From Balanoglossus misakiensis (taxonomy: Eukaryota; Animalia; Hemichordata): DNA of 64,000 bases. This document shows, piece by piece, positions 24,301 through 37,956 of this stretch. The stretch spans positions 8,479,413-8,543,412 of the forward strand of contig CM082581.2 in the NCBI GenBank assembly GCA_040954595.2. Direction: 5' to 3'. The number at the start of each line of letters is the position of its first letter. The stretch's first letter is position 1. The position numbers were made by a program, and so were the translations under genes. Under the pieces are notes generated by a model. The model did not search any database and had not been told where the DNA came from. It saw only the letters and a program-made list of their open reading frames with translations.

Positions 24301-26440
24301 TGACATTACATTGTTGATTCTAATTATCTATTCCTTACAACATTCCTGCTTTTCTGGGAAAAACAGCAGGAAACTTTAATATGTATGTAAAACGTACAGT
24401 GAAATGTATTGGTACATAAAATGCAAACTATTGATCAAGTCTTCTTGCTGCAAATTCTTGAGTGGACTCAAATTCCTTACTTTGCTTTCTGTAATGGTGT
24501 AGTGGGGAGGTAATTTTTCATGCCAGTTGTTAGATGCGCCCTGTGATGTGAGATATGATACAAGTGCATGAAGGCAAAACTTTGCAATCCCACACTTCCA
24601 TGACAAAACGTAAAAACCACTCTCATTATGTATGTACGCATACACCACTCATGCTGTGAAGAATATCAGATACTTTTCTCTGAGATTTATTTCTGAAAAC
24701 TTTATTATACTCTGCGTGCATTCATGTAAATTCATTCAATACGGGTCACCATTTGTGATTTATATCGGTGTCAGAGTGGCTTTACGTGAATGTTTTACAC
24801 ATATCTAACTATAATCGCAGTCGTTTGTTAATGGGCCTGTGACACTGTGTGGAGATATGGCCTGTTTTTGACTAACAGAAAGATGAAATCAGCATCGACT
24901 GATCTCATTCCAAAATTTGTACCCGCTATTCCTTCAAAAGTCAAAAAGTCATATGTCTAATAATACAAATTGATTTCTGTTTTTATGAGGTGTTTGTGAT
25001 TTGTACAAAATTTACATTCTTTAGATCAACAAACAATTGCCGAGGAAAGAGAAAGAACGTTTAACCAGATTAGGCTCCTTTAGAGGCTTTTAGCGAGATT
25101 GTATTGTCAGGTCTCGGGTGATTTAGGTTGATGTCTCTCCCCGAGTGCGAAAATGATTACTTTCCGTTGACTTGAGTTGAATTGCTGGCTGTCTCAGGCT
25201 GCAAGTTGAATCACTGACTGACTTGCCCTAGCCCTGAGTTGAATTGTACACTAGCAAGGCAAATTACTAGGTGGCATTTTTGATTGCTGACTTGCATTTA
25301 GGTGGGCTCTCAAGAGTATATTAAGGTGACATAAAACTGTCAGATTGCTTTTTTTTCATTACGACACATCGTATAGTTGGAGCATTCACTCTGGCAGAGT
25401 TCTAAACATGTCTAACTTTTGGTTCGTTCACAGTCAATCACCGAGTAGATGTCCACACAGTCACGTTCCCTGCGGATGTCCACGAACCCGACATCATAGT
25501 CGGAAGAGAATCAGACTTTTCCATCAGTGTCAATTTAGGCTTTCTACAGAAGGATCACCGCTACGAGGTCTCGTTTACGATCGAGGATTATGTCAGCGGC
25601 GAGTGCAAAATGTCCCCCGAAGAACATTTCTGGGTGAAGCTATTAGGCGCCTACCCGACACAAAATGGTAGGTTGGGGGTCATAGGTTGGAGGTCATGGG
25701 TCACTGTGTTTTGATGGCTGTTAGTAGCCTAAGGTAAAAGATAGTCATCTCTGATTTGTTATATCTTAACACAGTAGAACAGAAGTTTATACATCTATAT
25801 GGGTAAGTACATGTATGTAATGAAGTAACAAATGCCAACAGTGGTTGATTATCAATATCATAAGTTTGGTTTTTTTCCGTGGGTAGGAAATGGTCATGAT
25901 GTTATATTAGAACTCATAGCAAGAAAAGATGGCGTCATGCTTGAAGAATTTCAACTCGTCAGTACAGTAGATGCAAACCAATCCGTGAAAATAGTTTTAC
26001 ATGCAAGGGTTCTAGGTAAGAATGGTTTTCAGTTCTAAAGGTACCTTAATTTTTTTAGTCTTAATAATGTTGTCAGAACATACAGAGGTGTGGAATCAAT
26101 ATGCTGTTTCTTGCAATAAAATTGAAGGACCAATATCAACTGTGTTTGGCATGCACCTCTCTTGTTTTTCAATCACGATTGCTGCAGGATCTCTGTGGTG
26201 GGAAATCAGGGTTAAAAGGTTGTGTAAACTGTGCTTGCATATAACCAGGTAACTGAGAGTGTATGTACACTTAATCATAAATTGTGCCATTCTCAGCGAG
26301 AGCTGTCCCTGACCATGACCTCTCTAATGTTTGCAGGTAGACACAAAGGCACCCCATTACTCAAAGAAGGAATTCACTGTATCGGCATGGAAGTCCCCGA
26401 AGATGAATCTGAAGCCAGTGATTGGGCAGGGTTCGACTAA
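12374..26440 (+). CDS. ADISSP: ADISSP / C20orf27 (UPF0687) homolog, ~166 aa
   Basis: Exons 12374-12407 (MADNNEDASPK; phase-1 donor, less certain), 25434-25667, 25887-26015 and 26337-26440. The peptides LGFLQKDHRYEVSF, ARKDGVMLEEF and HARVLGRHKGTPLLKEGIHCIGMEVPEDESEASDWAGFD match the recalled C20orf27 sequence (GFLKILHRYEITF ... HHGTPMLLDGVKCVGAELEYDSEHSDWHGFD). Confidence 0.9.
19532..19715. mobile_element. 184-bp MITE with 16-bp TIRs and a TTAA-type target site (Kolobok-like non-autonomous element)
   Basis: Left AGGTATATGGTCACCT and right AGGTGACTGTATACCT form a 14/16 inverted match, flanked by CCAA and TTAA. Homologous termini occur at ~63535-63581 (inverted) and ~31602-31621. Confidence 0.7.
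22905..23297. mobile_element. Foldback/MITE-like element with ~47-bp inverted repeats and internal direct repeats
   Basis: 22905-22950 (atatgagagtaaaaatctcgccaaaatgaataaatggtaaacaccga) is a near-perfect inverse of 23251-23297. GGCGGCCATTTTGAA occurs three times at ~23059-23137. The true ends probably extend further (about 22780-23410). Confidence 0.7.
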
Positions 26441-28587
26441 ACGCCAGCTTCAATACTTTCATTTGTTCAGTTGTGGTTCAGATTGCCACCATGGCCATTT
26501 TAGTTCGTAGTATTCCCTGTGCAAAAAAAAGTCCCTGAATATGAATCCAGGGCTAGTAGAAGGATAAGAGAATTTGAGATCTGTAGAGTGAATGGACACC
26601 TGAATATGAATCCAAAGCAAGGGTCAGATTTGGCTAGAACAGGCTGGAACAGCATCAAAGAAGTTAATTTTGTAATATTAGGTGTAAAATGTCAAGAAAT
26701 AAGTTCTTTCATTTTCCTTTTGTGAATGCTCACCTTGAGATTCGAAATGTTGTCAATTCTTTTTGCATTTTCATGAAGTTGATCTTAAAAAAAATCTTCA
26801 AAGAAGATTTCTATGTATATGTATCGTAAGACATTCTGGTGACAGACTGCTTTACATTTTAGGTAGAATGATTCTGTAAATTTTGTACCAAGGGAAAAAA
26901 CTTGCACTACATCAACGTGTGGGCCCAGCAACAGTTGAAATTGTCACCAGAAATGGCAAGTCTAGATAAGTTTTCTACAGGTTAGAGTTTTGTAAAAAAA
27001 AAACAAATAGGTACATCTGTTGCTTGACTATTGCTTGCTTTCTGTTGTTTTATCCTCTGTGAAATAAGTAACTGATTCTGATTCAAGAGACTATTATCAG
27101 TGGATCACAAACGATGGCTGTTGAATGATGTTTCTTTAAAAGCCGATTTTTGATTGGGTAATAATCACAGGCAGTTGTAGAAGCCAGTTGTTGATTGGCT
27201 GGTATGTAGCAATTGAGAGATTTGAGTAAGGTTCAAGTCTGTCAGAAGTCAACATCAAAACCATCCTTTCCAAACTACCAAAGGTCTGTTACAGTCGATA
27301 AAAGTAAAATGAATGTAATATAATGTAAATGGTAAGAAGTGATTATGACAAACACCCCCCCCCCCCTCACAATTTAGTAAATTTATGCAATTTTGATTCA
27401 ATGAAGGACCAGCTCTTGTATCCTGTTTAGCAGAATCACCAATTAAATTAATTAGCAAAGAGATGTTGAAAATAAATTGTGATTAGCACACATCATTCAG
27501 TGTTTATTATTTTGTTGTTTTTTGTGGTTAATTCCCAGCATTAAATGAGTTTTGAAATGTATGCAGAAATCACCAAGCAAAAGCAGAGATCAGTAATTTT
27601 TTTTCCTGATGAGAGAAAGATTTTTACTGTATACAACATAATTCTGTATACATTACAAAGAAGTTTCTCTCAGTTGCTAAGTGCGAATGGCATATCACAG
27701 CAACTCATCCAAACTGTAAACAAAAAGTTGCCATTTGGCCTGATCAACAACAACAAAGACCTATCATTGTATCAACAAATAAATGAAGATTTTTGTGCAT
27801 TTTTTTTGATGATCATTCTGTAGTTCTTAGTTCTAGTGGAATAGCTTTAACCTGTCATGTACATGTACAAAGAATATCTCAGGTATGTGTTTTTATCACC
27901 AGTGTATATCAAGACACTTTCTTCTTTGTCATAAAAAGTGCCTCACTCAGTGGTCTTTCTAAGTCATGTCATTTCGTTTTTTCTTGGGTGAAATTTGATA
28001 GCCTTTGTACAATTTGTGAATCAAATGAAAGGGAATGTTTTCTGTCATTTCTTCGTGTTGCCCACCTGCCCGTGAACTTTTGAAATTACAGTTACAATTT
28101 CTCATATATCAGTGCACGTTTGTTGCCTTTACACAGAGATTTCCGTGTCTGCCTGGATCACCGGTTTCTTTGTTTTTATTTTGCTTCAGAAATTGGGTAA
28201 GAGGAGCGTGCAACAAGTATGATGTGTGAGTGGGGGAAAAATATCAGTTTGGCTAAATCCTCCCTTAAAGAGAAGTGGACATGTAAAATGGACACTAGAG
28301 GGCACTAGTTAGCTACAATCTCTGAACGGAGAATGTCTAAACCTCGTGAAGATAAGCAACACGAGAAAGGGGATTGGACAGAGTTAGCTCGATAGAGGGC
28401 GATGTGTATCGGGTAGTCATCTCGGCTAGTCATCAAAGGGTGAAGGATTATAGAGACGATTGAGAAGTTGTTGATGCATGTGCAAATGACACTGTAGGCA
28501 TGCTTTGAGTCGGTGCTTTTGAAATTTGTTCAGGGCAGGCCTACAAATGTAAAACCCTGAAATCTATGAAACAGCTGTACATGTACC

Positions 28588-28818
28588 CCGGGGGTGTACG
28601 TCCCATAAAATACGGTGTAGACTATTTTCACCAAAAATATGTACCCATATCCTCGTAATATTACACCAATGAGATACTAGTAGTCACCCCTGCCATTTTA
28701 GACCTTGAATGGGTGGATTTTGCTTTTTCCCATTTTAGACTAAATTGTTATTTAAAAATAACACCGTGGGGGTACATGTACGTATACGCACTGCCAAATA
28801 TACGGAGTACACCCCCGG
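28588..28818. mobile_element. ~230-bp MITE-like element with CCGGGGGTGTAC terminal inverted repeats
   Basis: CCGGGGGTGTAC at 28588 and GTACACCCCCGG ending at 28818, with further imperfect inverted similarity inside. Confidence 0.6.
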
Positions 28819-29349
28819 AGGCTGTGCTGCCAGACTTTCCATATCTGCTTTGAATAAAAGCCATGTGAGGTATTAACACTTTAATCTTTTTAGTAATCAC
28901 GACCTCAAAGTTTATAGCGGATGGTTGATGCATGATTATACATACTAAAGAGTCGGACTACATGTAGCTAACCAAACAGGTGATTGTCGATTTAAACGCA
29001 GACGACAAACAAGTTCACAATAATTACAATAATTACTGGTAAATAAACACCCAGAGAAAAACGCTTTCAATACACCTGCATGTTTATCTGATACAGTAAA
29101 GAAGCTTATTGGTATTAAATGATTAAAAACCGTGTCAGTCACGATGGATTATTTCATTGTTCTTCTGTACCGCCATATCCAGCCGAAGCAAATCTTTAAC
29201 AGCTTGGTCATCTGCAGTTTTGATGTCAAAGCAACTGAGGAAGACCGCATTGCCGTCCATATTATAAAAAAAAAAAACTACTTCATAAGATCAGACCGTG
29301 CATTATTGTGGCAAAAAGGACGAGGGCACGAACGTGAAGTTCATTAACC

Positions 29350-32300
29350 ATGGGTGCCAAGTAAGTACTCGTGTGATCTTGTAACTTATGTCTTTCAATA
29401 GTTAAAAAAACTTCTGGCGGGCCCTACTAATAAGTTAGGACCTTCTGTAGGTATGAACATCATACGCGTGCCTCTTACCTCCTGTGTGCTGACAATGGTT
29501 GAACGTCGACGTGTCTTGTCTCAAAGCAGTTTGCAAACTAAACTCGCCGACCAATCAGTGATAATTTGTTTATGAGGGTGTCGATGGTCCTCCCACGTTT
29601 AAATGCAAATGACGTCTGTTATTCCGCAAGTAATAAAATGCATATTCTATTGCATCAGTTGATGTGAATTTTGAATTTGTATTGACCCTCTTTGAAAAAG
29701 AGAAAAACTTAAAAATGTGTTATGATTATTATTTTTTTCTAAGAATTATCAATTTTACGTACGATGACGCATATTTTTTTGTAATTCAGCAGCATGTATT
29801 GGAGATGTTATTAGCATTACGTGTTAGTTAGAGATGTAAAGAGTAAAACTACGAGTCATATATTTTTTTTTTCGATATGGGCTACTGCAGTTGTTGCGCA
29901 AAAGCACTCGGCCCGAAATAAAAAATAAGCTCTCTATATACTTTTCTAGTCGCGAAGTGATGCTGATAATCACCGCTGCTTGCATTCTTAGCATGATATT
30001 CCTCCCAAGATTTTTCGAGAATTATGGAAGCTCACTGTCCAACACGAAAACACCCAAGGTGAGATTCTTAAAGAAGTTCATTATCATTCTGTAGATAATT
30101 TTGATCGGACACGCTTTATGACCATATGGGTTTATGCAAATCAGAAACAATAAAAATTTATTCACTTTCAACAGTCGCCTTTTAAAAATATCTCCGTCGA
30201 ACATTGAAAACTGTCTGCTGTCCCTAGCAAGGGAACTTTCTGTATATTAACTACTTTGATAATCATACAAGCCATGCATGAGTACAACAAAGCAAGATGG
30301 AGACGTAGTAATGGGTATAAGTCTTACTTTTCAGTCAATTTTGTGAGAAAAAAACATGGTAAGCGGAACACCCCTTTAAAGCAAAAGTTGACATATATTA
30401 TTCATGAAAAAGAACACTAAAATTTATTATTTCACAAATTTTGATTAGACTGGTGATACAAAGCGACTGATATTCCAGGAGAGTAAAAACCACGTTGAAC
30501 CTCTTATTCGTACTCGTAGGCTATGCGAATAATCTCAACTGGTCAGGTAAACACTCCCGGGGCGGACAAATCGAATGGTCGACAGATCACGTACAGCGAC
30601 GTCACCCCGGCCAGCCTTGGAGGGGTAGGCGACCACCTTGCCACGACGGAGCGAAATTACAGGGCTTTTAGCGACCCAGTTGAGTCGACAGAGCCAACGA
30701 CACGGGTCACAACCAATTCCAGCGACAGAAATATTCGACGTATTCGATATCTGTTAGCCATCAGGACAACATTCAACGGAGGAGCGGGAGCCCAGTACAA
30801 CATGTTTAAAAGTGCGTTCCTGTTCAGTTTGCTGACAAATCGCACTCTGGTAATGACGCCATTCTTATTCCACCACGTTCACGTGCAAGGTGGTTTCCGG
30901 CCTGACGACTTAAGGTCGTTCGAGTCCACTTTCGACGCCGAGGTGCTGGAAGACCTGTTGCCCCTGGCAACGGTGGACCAGTTCACTCGTGTCTGCCACG
31001 CTGACAATACAAAAATGATCGGATGGAACATAAGGGAGAGTCAGTACGAGTACATGCGCGAGTCGTTTTACCGTAATTTAACGGGCATCGATCTGCCGAA
31101 GTTTGATACTGTGATAGACTTGAAGGATGACACGAAAGTGGACAAATTGATATCAAAAAGTAGACCTTTTGAATGCCTTGCGTTGTCTGTGGACCGTTTA
31201 GCACACGTGAACTTCGGAGACAGATCCACAGACGAACTGAAGACTGCCATGGACAAGTATCTCGTAAGATCTCCACTAGTTAAAGACGCGGTCAGTGATC
31301 TGTCCGGTGACATTTGCAAAGGACGGGAGTATCTGGCTGTGCACTGGAGGAATAAGTCGGCCGAGGTGCCGTAAGTTACAACATAGACATTAGAGGGTGG
31401 TGGTTATACTGCTAGTTTTGTGTGTGATGGACAAAATGACCATTCCATCCCTGAGCACATCACACAAAACTCCGACTCGTGTAGGACTATGACAGACCAC
31501 TGTGTGGAGTGACCGTGGACAGACCCAACAACTCCCCATTCATGCGTAATAACATCTTATTACACGATGATTTTGACACATAACATGGTTAGAAGTACTA
31601 GTATACGGTCACCTATGCAAACTTAATGATGTAAAAACAGACAATCACTTATTTTTGCTGTTCCAGTCAACATTGTGCACGGTTACCCCACCCAACTCCA
31701 TTTTTTTTTTCTCAATTTGAAGAGAGGATACTGGTAATCTAAAGTTGTTTTGAGCAAAATATAAAAAGAAAGGTGACTGTGAAGGACGTGCTGCCGTCAT
31801 AATGTGTCCACTTGTCTGATATAGCCTACGTCTAACCATAGGCAGTAGATGTAGATACTGTCTATGGTTTTATAACTCATCTGTTCGAATGTTACAGATG
31901 TGATGTGTACCGACACCAAGGGAATTATGGACATCTTTGTGAGGGGATCAAGACACAAGTACGTGAACTGGCCCACCTTGCCGCCGAAGCTATTAGTGAT
32001 CTGATGACGAAAGAAGGCATAGCATGTGTCTATGTGTCCTGTCCATTTTGGTCGATGGTAGGTTTATTAATCATACGAGATTTAAGTCAGGGTATCGTGG
32101 AGTGTGGGAAATGGTAGCGTGCCAAAAATATATAGAAATAGACCACTTCCCGAACTCAAATGGAACCCTGCGAGAAATCGGTTGGCTAGGCAGTTTATCA
32201 CTTGGCTAGCAACCCGTTGCTGCGGTAATTAACCAAGTCCCGCGAGATCTCACAACGAGCGGAAAAGCATCCATTGCTAGTTTCAGAGAAGACGTGAAGC

Positions 32301-33072
32301 CACGATCTCGTCCGCATTCACCCTTTAAGAACAATCATTCAAGTGTTGAAATCAATTTGCAGGAATTTGTGGATATCCTGTCAAGATATGTGAAAAAAGG
32401 CCACATCAACAGCTCCAGAAGCCTGAATATTCCTGATGAATATGAAGCTGTGACCGAGGAATACATGTTTCAACTTGTCGAACAAGAAATCATGTTCAGT
32501 AAGTTAGAAATTTTTGTTCACGAATTGTTTGCCATGATTTACAGTGCCTTAAATCCGTCACAACCACACTGTTTGCAATGATGGACATTGTAGCAAGGCA
32601 GTACACTTTGCGTCTACTTCGACTTGCTATCTACTGTGTCAACTACGGGAACCATACACGCAGCCGCAGACGGGACGACACTCACCCTTTAAGACGTGAT
32701 ATTATGATGGGTAATCTTTCGAGTACACCTTCTCCGTCGTGTGTAGACGTACCTTGCATTTCTATCAGGACCTCCTCCCCCCCCCCCAAAAAAAAAAAAA
32801 AAAAAAAAAAATCATATTATAAAATCATTTTATTTTCCCATAGATCATGAAACCTGCCCTCATATAATAACCTCGGGTGGTGTACTGTGAAGACGTTCAC
32901 TATAACTACATCCATTCTGTTCTATTTCGCAGGAGCCGCCATCTTTATAGCCGCCAGTCATTCAAACTGGTCAGATTTTATCCTCAAAGGCAGAGAGGCA
33001 ATTGGAAGAAAAACTTACGGCATTCGGGAACTTGCGCAAATTCCCGAAGATGTGGAATTAAACATGATCTGA
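29350..33072 (+). CDS. Type II membrane GDP-fucose O-fucosyltransferase-like glycosyltransferase (O-FucT/POFUT-like GT-B fold), ~468 aa
   Basis: Exons 29350-29360, 29950-30058, 30520-31370, 31898-32057, 32363-32498 and 32933-33072 splice in frame. Features are an N-terminal signal anchor (VMLIITAACILSMIFLP), a Ser/Thr-rich stem, LTNRTLVMTPF, fucosyltransferase motif I YLAVHWR and motif III EQEIMFRAAIFIAASHSNWSDFI. Confidence 0.8.
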
Positions 33073-36000
33073 TGTAAACCACTGGAGTGTTTGAGTTTCA
33101 TATCATAATGTGTGATATACGTTAAAAGAATTTGGTAAAGACTGATTAGAAAAACATAAGATGAACCGGATTACATTTTCCTGTGTAAGAATGCCGCAGG
33201 TATGCCAAATAATGTAATTAGAAGATAAGTATATAGGAACATATCCATTTCACTTCAAATTTATTAATTGTATGCCTATACTTGTGGACGTGCGTTTGTT
33301 TTGCGGTGCGATTCATACCGGTATATATTTTATTTTGCGTATACATGTAAAAAGTTAACCTGGATTTTTAATTACGTGTATGTTTAATCTTCTCTTGGTT
33401 CAAGTTGCATTAAATTGTGAAATTACTCAGGAGACAGTACGGCAACGAAAGGTATAGCCTTACTGCAGCTGATGTACATGTATGACTGAAATCTCCAGAA
33501 ACAGAAAGGTCAACCTGCTAATGCCACGGCATTAGTTACTGGACTCGCACATGCTGTTACTCACCGGTCTTACGAATTAATGGTTTCGGGGTTCAACATA
33601 CTCGATGATTAATGGTTTATGATGTCCACGAACACAGAGAACTATACGGGTAGTAATTTTACCCGACTCCAGCAGCGGGCTTCGGTTAGTTTCCAGCGGA
33701 GTGATTACTTCAATGTCTGCGGTATTACGCAGTCTTACGAGATTGCTCTGCGGAGCGGTGAAGTGATTCCGAGGATTGATTCGCATTTTACCCGCTTCAC
33801 GGCAAAATAAATGGATTGTCCGGCGGTTATTAAGTGACATAAATTTCATCTCGACTTGTCGGGGCGGGGGGGGGGGGGGTCGTCGGGTTATCAACACTGC
33901 ATGGTGTGCAACTCACGACTTTTCCCTCGGTTTTGATGAACGAAGGAGATTTCAACTCACGATCGGTTTGTCACGTACTTCCTTGATGAATTTCCTCAAC
34001 TAGTCCACAACAAGCTGTCCGTCGTGTCAGAGCGTTCACCCTCTCCTGAACGAGAGCTTTGACACGATGCCTAGATTGTAGGCTAATCCTCAGCATGCAC
34101 ATGTAACTCAAAATCTGTAAGTATTGTTTTAATGCAGAGTAATTATTTTTTCGTGGCACCTCTCTCCTTCATGCAAATCACTGAAACACTGACGTGATCA
34201 ATGCCTTTCAAACATCATTAGATCAGTCCATCACACGCTCCGTTTGGCAAATAAAAATGTTTTTTATTCCATGCATGTATGTTAAGAATGTTAGGAAAAA
34301 GTTTACAAAAGACATGAAATACTAAAATGTACTAATAAGTTAATCACAGTACTAAATGGGTATTTTTCTCACAGAAAGACCGACATGACACACGAATAAT
34401 TAAAGAACTATTGTCACTATGCCGACAGTACGCATCTACACTGGCGATCGCGGAATTTTAAAACTATACGCGGAAACCGAACAGCTTCCGAGCCAATCAC
34501 TAAACCTAGGCACTTTTCTATTTGCTGCACTGCCCTCTGTTATGCTGAGGGGGAAGATTCGAATTTAAACGGCTGAAAATGATGCGCGAAGAATTTTGAA
34601 ACGTGATAGTCTAAAGGGATTCTTATTGTAATCTTAATATATCTCACAAAATTGCACTACTATCTGTGACTATAGAATTATTACATTTTTGTCTATAAAT
34701 ACAATAGTCTGATACTTGTTTTTTAAATCCTAAAAAATGAAGTCTGCCCAGAGATACTTAATTCTGATGTTTACATATTTCTGGTGATCGCAAATAAGTG
34801 TCTTTGACCGTTTTATGGAAACTTTTACACTAATGTGGTCATCATTTGGACGATGCCAGTGGTTTAGGAGTGGGTTTTATTCTGCACTACAACACCAGAC
34901 CACGCCTGCAAACTGGTAGCACACATTGTCTGCACAGACGGTACCCATTGTGCGTGGAGGCAAGTAACCAATCGGGTGCGACATGACATCACAATAAACC
35001 CTCGGACAGTGTGAAACGTCCATGCTGATTGGCCGATCAGAACACCTCCTTATAAACCAATCGGGATTCATTGCACAAGCAAATGTACCCTCCGTGAATT
35101 CTGGCAATCAGAAATGGAATACTGATCGATCACTGCCTAATAGTGGCTGCATGTATTTACCGCAATGGCAATAATTGATGTATATGGGTCCCCCGACATA
35201 TTGGATATGCTGGGAATATACAGGCAATCATTGGGTACTGTGGCTCTGGGAAACCATAGATATTATTTCTCAAGTATCTTTGGAGGAAAACTGATACCCA
35301 ATTCCCAGCACTTATCCCAAAAACGAACAATTACCATCGTTTACAGCAAATCCCACAGAGAAACCGATCTGATCTCTACGAAAACCTTGCTGAGCCGTCT
35401 GTCACAAGACTGCAACTACAGGGATTCACAGCATGCTCAGTTGACATCCACAGAATAATTTCTGTGTTGCATCTTATGGAAAGTGCACAAGAAGACAAAA
35501 AGTATACATGACTGGTTGATGGGAGAGGGTGGGGGTGAGACTGCAAGACTATGGAAGCACTGTTACAGTATGATCCCACTAACATAGAAATCAGGACTGG
35601 ACATTTTAAAAGGTGTCAGTTATTTTCACAGAAATTCAGCTAACAGATTTCAGTTCATTCAAAATGGTAGATTTTCACAATTTAAAAATTACAGAACTGG
35701 TCAGAACTGGCTTTGACAAAAACAGGAGCAGCTACAGTTGTTTCCTGGCGAATCAAACGAGATTTTGTGCACAGTGGAGCCAGCCATGTATCAATTTGAA
35801 CAGTCAGTACAGCACACGCTGCGCAGACACTGAAATCCCAAAAGCTAACACACGCTGACACTGACAAATTGCTTTCTCTTCATGGGAAGGAAAAAAAACC
35901 CGTCCGAACGGAAACAAAATATTGATATTCAACACATTAATAATGACAACTGAGCTCTTATCGCTACTTTATTTAAGACACGGGACTGCCTGGATCTAGC

Positions 36001-37185
36001 TGATTCCGTGGTACACACCATCAGGCTATATGTACACAGCTAGAAGTACAAGATGCAGACATATTTCACAAGATGGTGAAACCACATATCCAGCCTGTGT
36101 TATGCCCTACCCGATATTTAGCCAGCAAACTCCTGATTAAAACTAACGAGTCTCGCACTGTATTCTACGATATTTCTCTCGGGAGAGCGTATACCAACCG
36201 TGCTTCCCTCAAAAGTAGATGGCAATCAAGACCTTTACTTTATACTGATCAAATGCTTTTTAATGCTTTTTCTCGAGAGAACAAGAGCGTAATCAATAAA
36301 AGCGAGAGAGAACAGCTCCCAATTGTACGAGCCATGCAGGTTTCCATTACTGGCATGAAATGAATGCAGGTAATTTTTCCACGGTAGCTATTCCGGGTGA
36401 AATGAAGGCGTTTTCACAAACGGAAAGGGGTGGTGACACAAGGTAACTGGGAACGGTTTCACGATGGATCTCAGGTGGTGCTGGAAAATCCCACTGTGAC
36501 AATCGCTCAACTTGAAATTCACATTACAGGACGTGTGTGCAGCAATATGCAAATGTCGAATGTGTCTTTCCCCTATAGGGATATTTACTACATCATGAAT
36601 TGCTAGAAAACCAACTTGTCATTTTCAGGACATTAAGTATCGCTTATCTTGAGAGATATACGTGAGAGTTACGTCATGACTAAAATCACGAGTACTGGAC
36701 AAGCCTGAAGTGTTCGACAATTAGATCCAGCAGCAATAAACAGGGGTAAACAGACCGACATTTAAAAAATACCAAATTCAATATTTTTCATGATATCAAA
36801 TTATTAATCAAGATTGGTATCAGTGGGATTTGCCGCATGCGTCACGTGTGTTAAATGGCTGATTTTAAAATACTCATTCTACTATTCTTACTGGACCGCT
36901 TGTTTTCTTTGGTGAAAATAATTGTCCCATTAAAATTCCAATTTCCATTCGCGTAAGGTTTGACAACATGAAAACAAAATTATCAATGCTGAAGATTCAA
37001 TTTGCAGTGCAAATAACAAGAGTTCTGGTAATCGCTCGAGGCTGGTCTGTGTTGGCATATTTGTGTAATCTGCCAAGCATGCCTGAATACTCTGTCATGG
37101 TCATTTACAGTTCTTTGCGTACACATTCTCCAATTTTGCGATTGTCCATTGCAACACACATATGCATCAGTACTGAGACGCTTCT

Positions 37186-37299
37186 GGGTTCTAGGACAGC
37201 GGCCCCCTGGACATTTACCCACCGTACACTTCCCTTAACCCTATCTCTTACACTGACTGTTGGGGTGGAGAATGTCCGGGGGTGACTGTCCTGAATCCC
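37186..37299. mobile_element. 114-bp hairpin MITE-like element downstream of the G-gamma stop codon (putative 3'UTR)
   Basis: gggttctaggacagcggccccctggacatt...aatgtccgggggtgactgtcctgaatccc form ~35-bp imperfect inverted repeats around a short spacer containing TAACCCT. Confidence 0.6.
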
Positions 37300-37758
37300 A
37301 CTGCTGGTCTTCTATACAACAGTTGCTCCACTTAAAATATTTTTTGAAAAATGACATCAACTGCGTCCACTATCTGACTTCAGGAAGCTTGAGTTAAAAG
37401 GAAGTGTTCAGTCAGGTTTTGTTATTTTTCTTTGAGAGTGTTAAAATCTTTGGTTGAGGGAAGGAATTACAGAACAGATGTGATAAATATGGAAGCACAA
37501 CCACTCAAAAAACTATGCACATGGTTGACGCATACTGAAAACAAGCCCATTGGCTACTTGTACATGTCCAGCAGGGAAGGGAATAAACAATAGGCTAGGT
37601 GTAGTGTCTATAAACGTCTTTTTAAAAATAAAGGACTGCAACATCTAATATCTTGACGGGGTCTGGCGACTACATCAACTGCACATGTAACGGTTGTTTG
37701 TACTTCTGGTAAGAAAAGAGGTTGTGGAACTGCATAGTAGGTTATTGGAGTCCGCGGT

Positions 37759-37956
37759 CTAAAGTATGACACATTTGCTTTTATCCTTGAAGGGGTTCTC
37801 CCCGGTCGGCGAGATGCCCGTCAACAGCATGTCCTCCGCTGCGTGCTGGTCGCAGTACTGCGCCAGCTCTGCGGCCGCCTTGGACACTTTCATCCTCTCG
37901 ATGTTGGCCTCTCTCCGCAGCTGCTCGACGGCCTTCTTCATTCCACTCGAAGACAT
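37759..37956 (-). CDS. GNG: Heterotrimeric G-protein gamma subunit, 65 aa
   Basis: [65 protein letters not shown] contains the GGL domain, the NPF motif and a CAAX box (CVIL). The CDS lies in one exon, with a strong acceptor (tttctcttgcag) just upstream of the ATG. Confidence 0.96.
   Translation of the reverse strand: MSSSGMKKAVEQLRREANIERMKVSKAAAELAQYCDQHAAEDMLLTGISPTGENPFKDKSKCVIL

Noticed and set aside
31414-31471. Hairpin agttttgtgtgtgatg...catcacacaaaact in the fucosyltransferase intron
   Set aside because: Only ~14 bp of stem with a large unpaired centre; probably a repeat remnant
33984-34050. TGATGA...CTGA C/D-box-like spacing
   Set aside because: No terminal stem, no recognisable rRNA antisense element, and not intronic
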